Shown: positions 8,996 to 19,576, numbered from the stretch's first letter. The stretch is 42,271 bases of DNA from a virus (IMGVR_UViG_2718218308_000003:1-42271), one strand, 5' to 3'. The notes: generated by a model not told the origin, from the sequence alone. Made by a program: numbers and translations.

Positions 8996-10044
8996 GAAAT
9001 CGTCCCCAGTACCGCCAGTTCATTTTTTGCAATGGAGATATTGTCTGCCGGTGCAAACAACTGATGGCTGTATTCCCCGTTCGCACCGGAAATCGCCTCA
9101 CTGATACGCGACACCTTCAGTTCTCCCTGCGGATAACCATCACGCAGCAGGAACGAACGCAACTCGGCGGTGATGGCAGCCCGTATTTCCGGTGTGTCCG
9201 GCGTCACGCGGATATGAAAATCCACTTTATGCGCCACCGGCCTGAAGACATACAAATCAGAGCCTGCCACCGGGGCCAGTGGCCCGATATGTTGTCTTGC
9301 CGCCGTTTCCGTTGATTCTTCCGGAATGGGATTAATCAGGTCACTGCTGGCAATCATCACACCGACAGTTCCCGTTCCCATCCAGTGACGGTATGTCCAT
9401 GCGCGGGTAATGCCGGGCACTTCTTTAGCCCAGACGACATAGTCCCCGTCAGCCCCGCCCTGAGGCGTCCAGTAATACCGCTCAATGACGCGGGCGCGCC
9501 ACGTTTCCAGATCTTCAGTATCGAATCCGCCAGTCAGGGTATCTGCAACACCGGAAGACGGCAGACCATTCACCGGCGTGACCAGGATTAATGCCGTACC
9601 GTCGTCAGCGTTACCGACCGCGCCTGTAGTTGAGCAGGCGATCGGCACACGCAGGACACCACCGGAGCTGGTTGCATCGGCAGTTGCCGTGTACTGAACT
9701 AGGTCATCGCGCTGAATCACGCTCCCGGCGGTCACCTTCAGGCCATCGCTGACACCTTCCCAGCGCATATACCCGCTGGCAGCCGTGGCCCCCTTGCGCG
9801 GACACCGTTTCATCGCAGCATGTCGCGCCAGCCAGGACTCATCGCACAGGTCAGGCAGCATGTTCATTGCCAGATAATCGATGTAACCGTAAACCGTATG
9901 CAGCGCCGCCGCATACACCTTTGCCCGCACGTCTTCATCCATGCGCCGGAGCGTGTCGCTGACGTCCAGCCTGGCGAATAAATCGTTACGGAGCATACTG
10001 ATATTTTCTGCCAGCGTCGGGCGCTGAAATTCACTGTCCGCCAT
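8986..10044 (-). CDS. Baseplate J-like protein (Mu gp47-like)
   Basis: 352-aa protein; size and position in a Mu-like baseplate cluster. Overlapping start and stop with its neighbours. Confidence 0.7.
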
Positions 10045-10459
10045 GCGTTATCGCACTCCACAGATCATCAAAAGAAATCATTACCGGTCCGTCACGACGC
10101 CAGAGGGTGATACTGTTACCCAGCTCATTAATCCCGGTGCGGCGGATATCCAGATCAATACGGGACACCACGCCGTCATCAGTCATCCATTGCAGGCATT
10201 CGCGGATATACCCCCTTACCGTCTGCACCAGCTGATTGGTCAGTTTGCTGCGCTGAAGCAGCCACAGTCGGGAGCCGTAACGGTCATTCTGTACCGCAGG
10301 CCAGGTATCCCCCCACCATCCCATCGGGACGTCGGCATTGTCATCAGGCTCCGCCCGCCGCCAGGTAAACAGGGAAATCACCACGGCGCGGGTCAGCGGA
10401 TCCAGCGGTGCGCTGGCGCAGGTGCGTTTACCGTTCACCGTCAGCCACAGTTCCATCAT
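10031..10459 (-). CDS. Baseplate protein, Mu gp46-like
   Basis: 142 aa. Positional and size match in the Mu-like tail module, translationally coupled to neighbours. Confidence 0.55.
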   Translation of the reverse strand: MMELWLTVNGKRTCASAPLDPLTRAVVISLFTWRRAEPDDNADVPMGWWGDTWPAVQNDRYGSRLWLLQRSKLTNQLVQTVRGYIRECLQWMTDDGVVSRIDLDIRRTGINELGNSITLWRRDGPVMISFDDLWSAITHGGQ

Positions 10460-11004
10460 GCCTCCATCGCTTTATCAGGTTTGTCGGTGTTACTGCCCTG
10501 ACCGTTCTCTCTGTGACGATGCCCGTTATAGGCAAGCCGCATCGCTGACATGGTGGTGCCGCTGGAGTCGCACAGGTCTTTCACCTGTCCAGTCACTTCC
10601 AGGTCCATTTCAAAACGTGCTTTAGGTGAATTGCGAAACGTGATCGTTTTACCTGCACCGTCCACCACGATCCCCTCCCGGGTCAGCGTCACGGACTGCC
10701 CCTGATCGTCATAGACAGCCACCTCACCCGTCTGCAGCCCTTTCAGGCGGTAGCGCCGGTCCGACACCGTAACAACCACCGCATGAGAACGGTCACCATC
10801 CGGAAACAACACCACCGCTTCCGCACCGCTGTTTGCCCTTGCGGTAAAACCGTAGGGTTCAAGATGTTCAACCCCGGCTTTGGGTTCACCGGCAATCAGG
10901 GACACATCCACGGTCTGACATTTCGTGGCGGCACTGATGCTTTTCACCACCGCCCGCCCAATCAGGCCGAGGAGTTGTCGCTGTATGGTTTCAATCGCCT
11001 TCAT
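10456..11004 (-). CDS. Baseplate assembly protein V / spike (Mu gp45-like)
   Basis: 182 aa with an OB-fold-like N-terminal region; sits between the hub and gp46-like genes. Confidence 0.6.
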   Translation of the reverse strand: MKAIETIQRQLLGLIGRAVVKSISAATKCQTVDVSLIAGEPKAGVEHLEPYGFTARANSGAEAVVLFPDGDRSHAVVVTVSDRRYRLKGLQTGEVAVYDDQGQSVTLTREGIVVDGAGKTITFRNSPKARFEMDLEVTGQVKDLCDSSGTTMSAMRLAYNGHRHRENGQGSNTDKPDKAMEA

Positions 11005-12083
11005 CAGAACGGGTCCTCCTGTACTCTGGCTTTTTTCTTTTTCCGCGCGCCGGGGGCTTCGGGTTCAGGCAGATAAGCATCAGGTGGGCCGACACGGATT
11101 TCCGTCAGGGTGCCATTCTGGTCCTGAGTAAACGTGACTTCCGAGACAAGCAGTTCGGTATTGTCGAAACCACAGACCGGATCGAAGACAATCACCCGCT
11201 GGTTGGGCTGCCACAGCGTACCGTTACCCTGTCGCCAGCCCTGCACCACATAGGTGGTTTCATCCGTCCGCGCCGCCCGTTGTCGGGCTTCAAAGTCAGC
11301 ACGCGCAATACAGCCAGCCCCCGTAGCCTGCCCTGTCTGCCTGATATACATCGGACGGTAACGGGCAATAAATGCATCCTCTGTGCGGGCCCGCAGCGCG
11401 GTGGTGGTGGCCTCACCGAAATCATCGTCGTTTCCGGCACGCTGCCCCGCCACCTGGTAAACTGAAAACCGCTCCCGGATACTCTTCTCCGTATCACAGG
11501 AAAGGATGTTTTCCCCAAGTACCAGCGCGGTATGTGCCCGCGTTGAGCCAATACCACCAATCACCAGCCTGCCGTGCGGGTCGTCATAAGCCAGCGCCTG
11601 CTGCTGACCGAGTATTTTGTTGATCACCTCGATCACCGTTTCACCGTGATCAGGCTGGACATCCGGAATAACACCCGACGGCGCATCGCTGTTCACCACC
11701 TCAATGCCGAAAGGCGCAGCAAGCGCCTGCGCAATCTGTACCAGCGATCGTCCGTTAAACTGTGTCGGTTCGGCTGCACAGTCAATCAGGTCAGCAGTCA
11801 GACTACGTCCGGCAATACCGGTGCTGACCGAACGGGCATCGTAACGAACGGGGGTCGCCTCCACCCAGCCGGTGATCACCAGCTCATCACCAATCAGCAC
11901 TTCCACTTTTGAACCATTTTTAATGCGCGGCTGAAGCGTGGTGATACCCTCATCTCCCGGCCACTGGCGGGTGATCTCCACACTGAAATCCCGCGCCAGC
12001 CGTTCAATACCGGCACCGATGCGCACCGATGTCCAGCCATTCCACTTCCGGCCATTTACCCGTAGCGTGACATTGTCGTTCAT
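11004..12083 (-). CDS. Baseplate hub / tail protein (Mu gp44 P-like)
   Basis: 359 aa; position downstream of the DNA-circularisation-like protein in Mu order. Confidence 0.6.
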   Translation of the reverse strand: MNDNVTLRVNGRKWNGWTSVRIGAGIERLARDFSVEITRQWPGDEGITTLQPRIKNGSKVEVLIGDELVITGWVEATPVRYDARSVSTGIAGRSLTADLIDCAAEPTQFNGRSLVQIAQALAAPFGIEVVNSDAPSGVIPDVQPDHGETVIEVINKILGQQQALAYDDPHGRLVIGGIGSTRAHTALVLGENILSCDTEKSIRERFSVYQVAGQRAGNDDDFGEATTTALRARTEDAFIARYRPMYIRQTGQATGAGCIARADFEARQRAARTDETTYVVQGWRQGNGTLWQPNQRVIVFDPVCGFDNTELLVSEVTFTQDQNGTLTEIRVGPPDAYLPEPEAPGARKKKKARVQEDPF

Positions 12084-13450
12084 TGCACTGGCACCTTCAG
12101 AGGGATCACCGGCACAAAGCCGGGATGCGTAATGGCATTACGCCGGATAATGTCCGCGTCACGCGCCGCGTTATCAAACCAGGTCGCCGCCAGCACCAGC
12201 GCGGGTAAAACCTCATCCGGCGTGCGCTGAATGATCCGAGCGGACTGTTCAAGGCGCGTGTTGATATCCGCATTCAGATCTGCTTTCACCCGGCGCAGCG
12301 CCAGAAACAGCGCATCACTGGTTGTACGGGACAACTCCTTATCAATTGCCGTATTCAGTGTGTCGCGAATGTCGGTCAGTTCTTCCCACGTTGGCAGGTC
12401 AACCGTGTTTTTCACCGCCGGTGCATTGTTCAGTGCAGGATGCGTGACGGAAGGCCAGCCGGAGCTCTGCGCGGGTGTTGTTGACTGCCCCACTGCGGCA
12501 TTCTGCATCACCGCAGAAGTTGTTGGCGCAGGCAATCGGGTAACGGCATACGCCGCTTCGCTGATTGCAGTCGTACGAAGGGTGCTGGCAACCACGTTAC
12601 GCTGCTGCGTCGCCGTGGCGGTGGTTTTACTGTCCGTTTTCCAGACGCCGCGCGGTTGCAGATCGCTGCCAAGGCTGACACCAGAAAGCGTTTTGATCAT
12701 GGTGACCAGGTCGCTGGCGTTACCGTAAAGGCGTTTCCCGGTACGCCACATTTTCTGCACCTGCTCAACGAAATTTTTGCCTGACGATGGCGGCGGCAGA
12801 AGTACCGAGATATCCCCCTGCAACAGCCTGGCGGCATCCGATACGGCAGAATCCACCACTTTCATCGCATCAGAAACATACCCAAGCATTGTGCTGGCAT
12901 TACCGACGACGTCGTTCTGCACAAAATCTGCCACGCCATCGATACTGAAACCACTGAAACTGTCACTGATGCAGTCATCCAGTGCAGAACAGGATGACAT
13001 CAGCGTCTGCGCCGTCGCCGCACCTGATGTGGGGTAAGAGAGTTCTCCCGCTTCGACAAACTTCAGGTCAAAGCGGACAATACGCCCTTCACTCTTCGAT
13101 GTGCTGACCCGAACCTCTCCGTCAACACAGACTTTCAGCTCACCGTAAGTCGGATGGACAAGCGTGCCGGGACCGGGTTTATTCAGCGCGTCAATCAGGC
13201 GATCGCGCTGGTCAAAGCAGTCATCTCCCACCACATAAGCCGTGATGGACGGGCGGAAAGTGATTTTCCCCAGGTCTTCGGTATAGGGTTTGTCGCGGTT
13301 CGGGTATTCGTGCGTTTCCACACGACGACCGGTTCCCGCACTTTCTTCTTCAACCTTAAACGGCACACCGCGAAATGACGCGTCCTGAAGTCTGTCTTTC
13401 CACGTCATATAAACTCCGTACATAAAAAATCCCACCGGAGTGGGACTCAT
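12080..13450 (-). CDS. DNA circularisation protein N-like tail protein (Mu gp43-like)
   Basis: 456 aa; immediately downstream of the tape measure gene, as in Mu-like tail modules. Confidence 0.6.
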   Translation of the reverse strand: MSPTPVGFFMYGVYMTWKDRLQDASFRGVPFKVEEESAGTGRRVETHEYPNRDKPYTEDLGKITFRPSITAYVVGDDCFDQRDRLIDALNKPGPGTLVHPTYGELKVCVDGEVRVSTSKSEGRIVRFDLKFVEAGELSYPTSGAATAQTLMSSCSALDDCISDSFSGFSIDGVADFVQNDVVGNASTMLGYVSDAMKVVDSAVSDAARLLQGDISVLLPPPSSGKNFVEQVQKMWRTGKRLYGNASDLVTMIKTLSGVSLGSDLQPRGVWKTDSKTTATATQQRNVVASTLRTTAISEAAYAVTRLPAPTTSAVMQNAAVGQSTTPAQSSGWPSVTHPALNNAPAVKNTVDLPTWEELTDIRDTLNTAIDKELSRTTSDALFLALRRVKADLNADINTRLEQSARIIQRTPDEVLPALVLAATWFDNAARDADIIRRNAITHPGFVPVIPLKVPVQ

Positions 13451-13468
13451 TAACAGATTAATTTTTCA

Positions 13469-15304
13469 TTACCTGCCAAAGCGCGTATAGCCAACATCAT
13501 GGCTGACATCAAAACCGCTGGATCGCGTTTCCATAACCCGCATACCCGGAGGCGAATTCACAAAAGAGACCTTGATCTCACCATCAACTTTTGGCTCAGA
13601 AGCTTTGTTAATCATGAAGGGATTCGGGCCTGTAGCATCGGAGGCGTTGTTTGACTGAGCCGGATCTACCGCCGGATAAGGTGTGTATCCCCGCGCCGGT
13701 ATTCCCGTCCCATAAGCATCATAAGCACCCGCGCCCCACTGCACAGAGTTAATGGCATCGACCGTGTCACCGGAACTGTCGGTAAACCACTCAATAATTG
13801 GCTTCAGCTTGTCCCACATATTCTGAAACCACTTAACAACCGGTCCCCAGTTATTGATGACCATCCCCAGCGGCGACCAGGCAAAAACTTTCTTCAGAAG
13901 TTCCCAGCCAGCCTCAAAATAAGGACCAATGGTTTCCCAGAGTTTCTTAAAATAAGGTCCGACAACATCCCAGTTAGTGATAATTAATCCCGCAGCCAGG
14001 GCTATCGCCGTCGCAATCATGCCAATCGGCGTCATCGACATGATCCTGCTGACAATACTGATGGCACCGCCAACGCCCATCAATCCCAGTTTCAGAATCG
14101 CAAGACCGGCAGCAAGCCCGACGACGCCGCGAATAACCCGGGGATTTTCATCCGCAAACTTCGTGAATTTTTCCCCTAACTCCCCCAGCCATTGCGTGAT
14201 ATTTTTAGCGTCACCAGAAAATGCGCCGCCAATAGCTGCAAGACCGTTAGTTGCGGTCCCCGTCATTGCCTCCCACAGGTTGGACAGCGTACCAAGCTGT
14301 GCCTGAACACGTTTATTCAGGCTGGCCTGTTTATTCATCTTCTGCTGGATCTGATCGTAGCCATCCTTTCCTTTATCGATTAGTGCATTGACCACCTGAA
14401 GGGTTTCGGCATCATCACCAAATATTGCCTTAAGTACACCTGTTCGCTTAACGTCGGTCAGTTTTCGCAGCTTTGCCAGTTGCCTGAACATGTTATCAAG
14501 ACCGCCAAAACTCCCTTTGCCGTCAGTAAAATCGAGCTGCACTCCGAGTTTCTGGCGGGCCATGACTTTATTGACGTCCCTGATTTTCTTAACGCTTAAT
14601 CCGGACTGGATAACTTTTCGCAGGGCATTACCTGCCGACTCCCCGTTCATCCCCATCTGATCCATCATGACGCTGATAGGGGCAAGGCTCTGTGCAGCCT
14701 GAAGACCGTCCTTGTTCACCATCTTCAGAACAGAACTGGTTTTAGTGAAGAAGGACAACATGTTGGTATCGTCAACGCCCAGATAAAACGCCTTCTGGAT
14801 AGTGTCGAACAGCCCCATCATGTCTTCTGACGCCGTTCCGGTAGCATCCTGCATCTTTGCAGCAAACTCAGCAGCCGCTTCCGGTGTTTTTTTCAGTTGT
14901 ACCGCAAGATAAGCTGTCGCTTTACCCACACCACCAAGAATGTTTTCTGCCGGGATCCCCTGACGCACCAGCATCTGCATCATGTTCTGGAAATCAGCCG
15001 TTGTACCGGGTAGCTGGTTACCCAGGCCAATAGCCAGTTTATTGATGTCCTGAAAGCTCTTTCCGACCTCGCCGTTCGCATCCATCATGGCGACTTTCAG
15101 CCCGGTGGCGGCGTTTTCCTGATCGGCATAAGATTTCAGGGAAAGCGTCAGACCCGCTGCCAGTCCGCCACCAAGCGCCAGCCCACCCTGTGATGCTTCT
15201 TCCGCCTGGCGTTTAAATCCCCGGATTTTCTTTTGCATTTTCGACAGCGCGGGAGAAAGTCTGTCGACACCGGTGATCAACGCCTTAAGCTCAAATTCAG
15301 CCAT
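13469..15304 (-). CDS. Tail tape measure protein
   Basis: 611-aa Ala/Gly-rich protein with hydrophobic segments, located between the frameshifted chaperone ORFs and the baseplate genes. Confidence 0.75.
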   Translation of the reverse strand: MAEFELKALITGVDRLSPALSKMQKKIRGFKRQAEEASQGGLALGGGLAAGLTLSLKSYADQENAATGLKVAMMDANGEVGKSFQDINKLAIGLGNQLPGTTADFQNMMQMLVRQGIPAENILGGVGKATAYLAVQLKKTPEAAAEFAAKMQDATGTASEDMMGLFDTIQKAFYLGVDDTNMLSFFTKTSSVLKMVNKDGLQAAQSLAPISVMMDQMGMNGESAGNALRKVIQSGLSVKKIRDVNKVMARQKLGVQLDFTDGKGSFGGLDNMFRQLAKLRKLTDVKRTGVLKAIFGDDAETLQVVNALIDKGKDGYDQIQQKMNKQASLNKRVQAQLGTLSNLWEAMTGTATNGLAAIGGAFSGDAKNITQWLGELGEKFTKFADENPRVIRGVVGLAAGLAILKLGLMGVGGAISIVSRIMSMTPIGMIATAIALAAGLIITNWDVVGPYFKKLWETIGPYFEAGWELLKKVFAWSPLGMVINNWGPVVKWFQNMWDKLKPIIEWFTDSSGDTVDAINSVQWGAGAYDAYGTGIPARGYTPYPAVDPAQSNNASDATGPNPFMINKASEPKVDGEIKVSFVNSPPGMRVMETRSSGFDVSHDVGYTRFGR

Positions 15305-15479
15305 GTGTGCGTTTCTCCTGCTCTATCCTGTTTGCCTGACTGACCAGCAAGGGAATTTCACTGATCGGCATATTCAGCAATTCGAAGGGATTAATGCGCC
15401 AGTAGCTGGCGCAGTCAAAGAAGCGATCAGTGAGGTATTCAGCCGTCAGGCCTGGAGGAAAAAACCAGCCACAAGCCAC
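15297..15479 (-). CDS. Minus-1 frame extension of the tail assembly chaperone, expressed by programmed frameshifting (G/GT-like)
   Basis: Overlaps the upstream ORF in the -1 frame. The T_TTT_TTC slippery site is at 15458-15464 (minus strand). The ORF has no ATG or Shine-Dalgarno of its own and ends overlapping the tape measure start. Confidence 0.45.
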   Translation of the reverse strand: MACGWFFPPGLTAEYLTDRFFDCASYWRINPFELLNMPISEIPLLVSQANRIEQEKRTHG

Positions 15480-15715
15480 GCCGCAGCATTCAGGTCTGCC
15501 GGAGACATCTGGTCGACAGAGTTTTGCGGCACTTTCGCCAGCCGCACAATGTATTTCGATACCACATGCGCCAGAAGTCTGACGGACTCATCCTGATTCA
15601 TCTGGTAGGGATACCCCAGCTCGCGGACATCTTTCCCGGTGGGCTCATCAAACTCCAGTACGGAGAGTGTCTCGCCATGAGCGGTAATCGGTTTCTTTAA
15701 CTCAAGCTCTTTCAT
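15446..15715 (-). CDS. Tail assembly chaperone, upstream frame-0 ORF (Mu gp41-like)
   Basis: 89-aa ORF between the tail tube and tape measure genes. A canonical slippery heptamer lies seven codons before its stop. Confidence 0.55.
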   Translation of the reverse strand: MKELELKKPITAHGETLSVLEFDEPTGKDVRELGYPYQMNQDESVRLLAHVVSKYIVRLAKVPQNSVDQMSPADLNAAAWLVAGFFLQA

Positions 15716-16071
15716 TACTGGTAATCCCCTTCTTCACCGTGGAACTCAAGATCAACCGTCCCTTCTTCGGCATTATGGTTCGCTTCGCCGTGCAGCCAGG
15801 CAGACGACAGTACATAGACCTGACCGTTCGCCAGCTCGGCAGTGATGGTCATCTCATCAGACGAGGTGATTTTGCTCACCGGAAAATTCTTCGGCACCTT
15901 GAAGGTCCCTTTAACATAAGGCGCACGGTGAGTTTCCTTGCGGTCCACTGAACCGTCCAGGCCGATGATGTCATCATTGACCGTCCTGTTCATGGGCACC
16001 TCAATGCCGCCGGTCAGCGATAGCTGCTGACCGTCAATTTTGAAATAACAGGTTCCCCCGATACGGGCCAT
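15715..16071 (-). CDS. Tail tube protein (Mu gp40-like)
   Basis: 118 aa, directly downstream of the sheath gene. Confidence 0.7.
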   Translation of the reverse strand: MARIGGTCYFKIDGQQLSLTGGIEVPMNRTVNDDIIGLDGSVDRKETHRAPYVKGTFKVPKNFPVSKITSSDEMTITAELANGQVYVLSSAWLHGEANHNAEEGTVDLEFHGEEGDYQ

Positions 16072-17567
16072 TATGCAGACTCCTCTGAATACTGAAGACG
16101 GAACTGGTTAACCACGGCAAAGACACGCAACTGGTTAACATAGTCAGGCGGGAACAGCGTGTTCAGGCGGTTCGGATCGCTGGCATCACGCTCCACAACC
16201 AGGTACTGCTTAAACAGTTCGTAGTTTTCCACGATCCCCGCACGCTCAAGCTGACGGTAGGTTGCCAGCAGTTCCCCTTTGATCACCGCCGGGGTGACAA
16301 TCGCCTGACCGGGACCAAAGCGGGTACCGTCGCTGGCAAGCTTGTGACGCCCGTACTTACTGGTAATGACGGATTTCAGTTTGCGCAGTACATACGCACT
16401 GGTATGCAGCGTCTCGCTGTCGAGGTAGCTGTTATCCGCAACCCCGTAAGCGTTTTTCCTGTACGTGGTGACATCACGCTGAATGCGCAGTACCCCGCTT
16501 TCGACATACGCCGTTGCCACGCCATGAGACAGCAGGGTCTGTTGTTCGGTCATCGTGAACCGTTTCCCCTTCGGCGCAGGCAGCATACCCACCAGCTCAC
16601 CGGTCTGCGTGGGACGTGCCGGATCGTTGCGGATAAACATCGCTGCGCGGGCGGTACGGCTTGCCGCCAGCTCGTCGGCAGGCGTCTGGGTGTCTTTTTC
16701 GTACCCCGCTAGGGTAATGTGCTGCTGGTTAAACTGGTCACCTGCGGTCACCAGTTCTGACAGCGTGCCGATCTTTGCCGTATACACATGACCATACAGC
16801 TGACGCGCATAGCTCCAGCGACCGCTGGTATCGTTCATCTCGGTCACCAGCGTGTTAACGGAGGCCGTGTCGTTGAACGGCAGGCCGATATAATCAAACG
16901 GCTCATCCGCCATTGCAGCCACCGCGCCAGTGAGAACAGGAGAGCCCGTTCCGGCGGTCCCCGTCGCCACGGCAATCTGTACGCCCGCAGGCAGCACTTC
17001 GCCCCCACCAAAGCCGTAGTAATTGAGGCTGACAGGAATTTCATTCCCGCAAAGCCCCTTATGACGCGCGGTCAGCGTGACCACACCAGCCGAAGATAAA
17101 GCTGTAAACGGCAGAGTCGGAACGGCATTGATGGCATCCTGGATACTGCTGGCAATCGTCGTGACGTTATCGCCGTTGGTCACCGGAGCCTGCACGCGGG
17201 TACGTCCCACATACACATTCACCGTGCCGGTTTCGGTTGCCTCCCCGGTCACCGTCAGCGTAACCGTTGCCGCCGCGCCTGTGGCTTCCGGAACGGCAAT
17301 CACATACAGCTCGCCAAACGGGTCAGTCTGGCGATAAGCCTCGACCATACGCGCCAGCTGACTTCCCGCACCACAAATCTGGCGTGCATAGTCTGCCGAC
17401 GGCATCAGCACCAGACTGTTGGCAACAATCTCTGCACCGTTATTGGCATGACCAATCAGCAGCGATGCTCCGCTGTCCTGTGCAGTATTCGCCGCCTGGT
17501 TATCCATTTCCGCATAAAAAATCGGAACCAGCGTATTCGACGGAATGGTGTTAAAGCTTATCGTCAT
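16071..17567 (-). CDS. Contractile tail sheath protein (Mu gp39 L-like)
   Basis: 498-aa protein at the head of the tail module; size and composition typical of myovirus sheath proteins. Confidence 0.8.
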   Translation of the reverse strand: MTISFNTIPSNTLVPIFYAEMDNQAANTAQDSGASLLIGHANNGAEIVANSLVLMPSADYARQICGAGSQLARMVEAYRQTDPFGELYVIAVPEATGAAATVTLTVTGEATETGTVNVYVGRTRVQAPVTNGDNVTTIASSIQDAINAVPTLPFTALSSAGVVTLTARHKGLCGNEIPVSLNYYGFGGGEVLPAGVQIAVATGTAGTGSPVLTGAVAAMADEPFDYIGLPFNDTASVNTLVTEMNDTSGRWSYARQLYGHVYTAKIGTLSELVTAGDQFNQQHITLAGYEKDTQTPADELAASRTARAAMFIRNDPARPTQTGELVGMLPAPKGKRFTMTEQQTLLSHGVATAYVESGVLRIQRDVTTYRKNAYGVADNSYLDSETLHTSAYVLRKLKSVITSKYGRHKLASDGTRFGPGQAIVTPAVIKGELLATYRQLERAGIVENYELFKQYLVVERDASDPNRLNTLFPPDYVNQLRVFAVVNQFRLQYSEESA

Positions 17568-17729
17568 CGGTATTCACCTTTTTATTCACGCGCCGGATAT
17601 CACCCGCTGCTTCACGGCGCAGCCAGTAGTTGTTCTCATCAACATTTCGCCCCTCGGCGGGCAAAAGGTCTCCGCGGGCAGGGTCAGGAACTGACCGCCC
17701 TTTAACAGGTTTCACAAACATGAAGATTC

Positions 17730-18290
17730 TCAGGAAGGAAGGGTTATTTCGGTGTGATGTTCGATATCGCCGTCAGGCCCGTTACCGGGATCGAGATAAT
17801 CAACATCAATCGCCAGCGTTCGCAGTTCATCCAGACTGTTCAGGTCATCCTGCTGGCGGGTATCGTCTTCGGTCAGCTCGCTGATGACCGAAAAATCGAA
17901 CTGATAAATCAGCTCATGACGATTCAGATCCAGCAGCGTGCCGCCGTCATAGGTAATCGGGTTACCGCACGCTTCCGGGTTCCAGCCCAGCAGAGCCTTA
18001 AAGAGCATCTGCCGGACATCGTCCACCACATCATACGAGGCAAACTGACCGCGCTCATCACGCCCGTTACTCAGTATGACAACCACGGAGAAGCCCTCTT
18101 TCAGCTCCTGCCAGTAGTCGGTCTGGCTTTTGTTTTCTCCCGGAGAGTCATCACCCGGTACCACATACGCCGCCGGGAGTCTCAGCTTTCCGACCTCCGG
18201 CAGATTTTTGAACTGTGCCGCGCCTGCCACCCGGTTTTCAAAATACGGGCAGCGGGCACGCAGCGCAGCAATAACAGGCGTCAGTTTCAT
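17730..18290 (-). CDS. Virion structural protein, Mu gp37/38-like (DUF1834-like), putative tail completion
   Basis: 186 aa; positional call between the head-tail joining genes and the sheath gene. Confidence 0.4.
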   Translation of the reverse strand: MKLTPVIAALRARCPYFENRVAGAAQFKNLPEVGKLRLPAAYVVPGDDSPGENKSQTDYWQELKEGFSVVVILSNGRDERGQFASYDVVDDVRQMLFKALLGWNPEACGNPITYDGGTLLDLNRHELIYQFDFSVISELTEDDTRQQDDLNSLDELRTLAIDVDYLDPGNGPDGDIEHHTEITLPS

Positions 18291-18793
18291 CTGTGTCGTC
18301 GCTCCGGCTTCAGTGATTTACGCAATTCCCGCGCCAGAAAATAGCGTGTCCAGCTGCGGTTCTTTTCAAGCGTTTCCACCATAAAGTTATTACGTGGAGC
18401 CAGCCGCCAGCCGCTGCCACCGGATGCACCACGATGATGACTACGACGACGTTTTGCTCCTCCCCGGACACCAAAAAACAGAAACGCCGGATAGAAGTCA
18501 CCAGAGATCATCCGGTTCCCCTTCCCGTTGCGCTGGTTAGGGGCAATGCGTGTCATAAAACCGGCTCGCTTTTTACTGGCTCTCGGCACCATGTAACCAA
18601 TCGAACGAGCCAGGCGTCCGGTCTGATAACCGGGGTTTTCACCCGGTGCCGACCGCGCACGGCGCATCACCAGCCGACGGGCATCACGCATATGACGCTG
18701 CCCAATCGTGACAAACGCCCGCCGGACACGGGCGCGGTTAAAGCGCATCTCCGCGGGCTGCTGAACATCAACGTGAAAAAAGGGAGTCGCCAT
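18287..18793 (-). CDS. Head-tail joining / tail completion protein (HK97 gp10-like), putative
   Basis: 168-aa basic protein following the head-tail adaptor gene; overlapping stop and start with the downstream gene. Confidence 0.45.
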   Translation of the reverse strand: MATPFFHVDVQQPAEMRFNRARVRRAFVTIGQRHMRDARRLVMRRARSAPGENPGYQTGRLARSIGYMVPRASKKRAGFMTRIAPNQRNGKGNRMISGDFYPAFLFFGVRGGAKRRRSHHRGASGGSGWRLAPRNNFMVETLEKNRSWTRYFLARELRKSLKPERRHR

Positions 18794-19178
18794 TGCTGCC
18801 TCCGTGACTCTGCGTAAATTCGCCCAGTTCCGTACACTCCAGCAGCAGAAAGCGCCGCGCCCCGTTCAGATCGCGCTGACGTTTCACCCGGTACACACTG
18901 TCATCACAGACCACCTCATAATCAGCAGTGATCCCCCGGCGGTAGCGAATGGTGATGTAATGGGTGATGGCGTCTCCGGTCTGCGCGGTTTCCTGCAAGG
19001 TGGTGGCACTGGTCTGGATAACCTTCGCCCATGCCCGGAACGCAACCGGGTATTGAGGCTCCACGCCAAAGTTATCCGCGGGCATATCCACCCGCTGGCG
19101 GATCAGGACGCGTTTATTCAGTTCGCCGGGGTCCGGCAGAATGTAGGTTGCGCTGGTCTGCGCCTGACGAATTTTCAT
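18768..19178 (-). CDS. Head-tail adaptor / head closure protein (SPP1 gp16-like), putative
   Basis: About 136 aa, positioned after the gp6-like connector gene; start codon uncertain. Confidence 0.45.
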   Translation of the reverse strand: MKIRQAQTSATYILPDPGELNKRVLIRQRVDMPADNFGVEPQYPVAFRAWAKVIQTSATTLQETAQTGDAITHYITIRYRRGITADYEVVCDDSVYRVKRQRDLNGARRFLLLECTELGEFTQSHGGSNGDSLFSR

Positions 19179-19498
19179 AGTGGTATAAGGCGATAAGGAA
19201 CAACCAACCAGTTAAAACTCATTGGCAACTCCATTTTCTCAACGTCTGTAACCGTTGAGCGGTTTTCGTAGAAATGGCTGACAAGTAGCAGAAGCGCCAG
19301 CTTCACATCATCAGATATCACAAGCCCATCAGGATCATCCGCAGGCCTGTCATCTGCGGTTGCATACAACTTACGGTTAAGGAAGTTTTCCGTACGACTC
19401 TGAGCGGCCTTACCAAGCAGTTCAAGCAACTCATCTTCATCAGAGAAATCATCATCCAGACGGAGCTGAAGCTTAATCTCTTCCATTTTTAACAGCAT
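19175..19498 (-). CDS. Head-tail connector protein (gp6-like)
   Basis: Motif-rich acidic N-terminus (MLLKMEEIKLQLRLDDDFSDEDELLELL...). The ATG at 19498 is preceded by AGGAGG; the ORF-track start at 19543 is probably an upstream extension. Confidence 0.55.
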   Translation of the reverse strand: MLLKMEEIKLQLRLDDDFSDEDELLELLGKAAQSRTENFLNRKLYATADDRPADDPDGLVISDDVKLALLLLVSHFYENRSTVTDVEKMELPMSFNWLVVPYRLIPL

Positions 19499-19576
19499 AA
19501 AACCTCCTGTGCCCGCCAGAACGCGGGCACAAAAAAACCGCATTACGCGGCGTGCTGTATTACGTAAAAAGACTAA

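Noticed and set aside
19509-19550. Two hairpins between the capsid and connector genes as a capsid-gene terminator
   Set aside because: The stronger stem (GTGCCCGC/GCGGGCAC) has its U-tract on the 5' side in the transcribed strand, and the stem next to the U-run is only 4 bp. Possibly an attenuator, but too weak to list as a feature.
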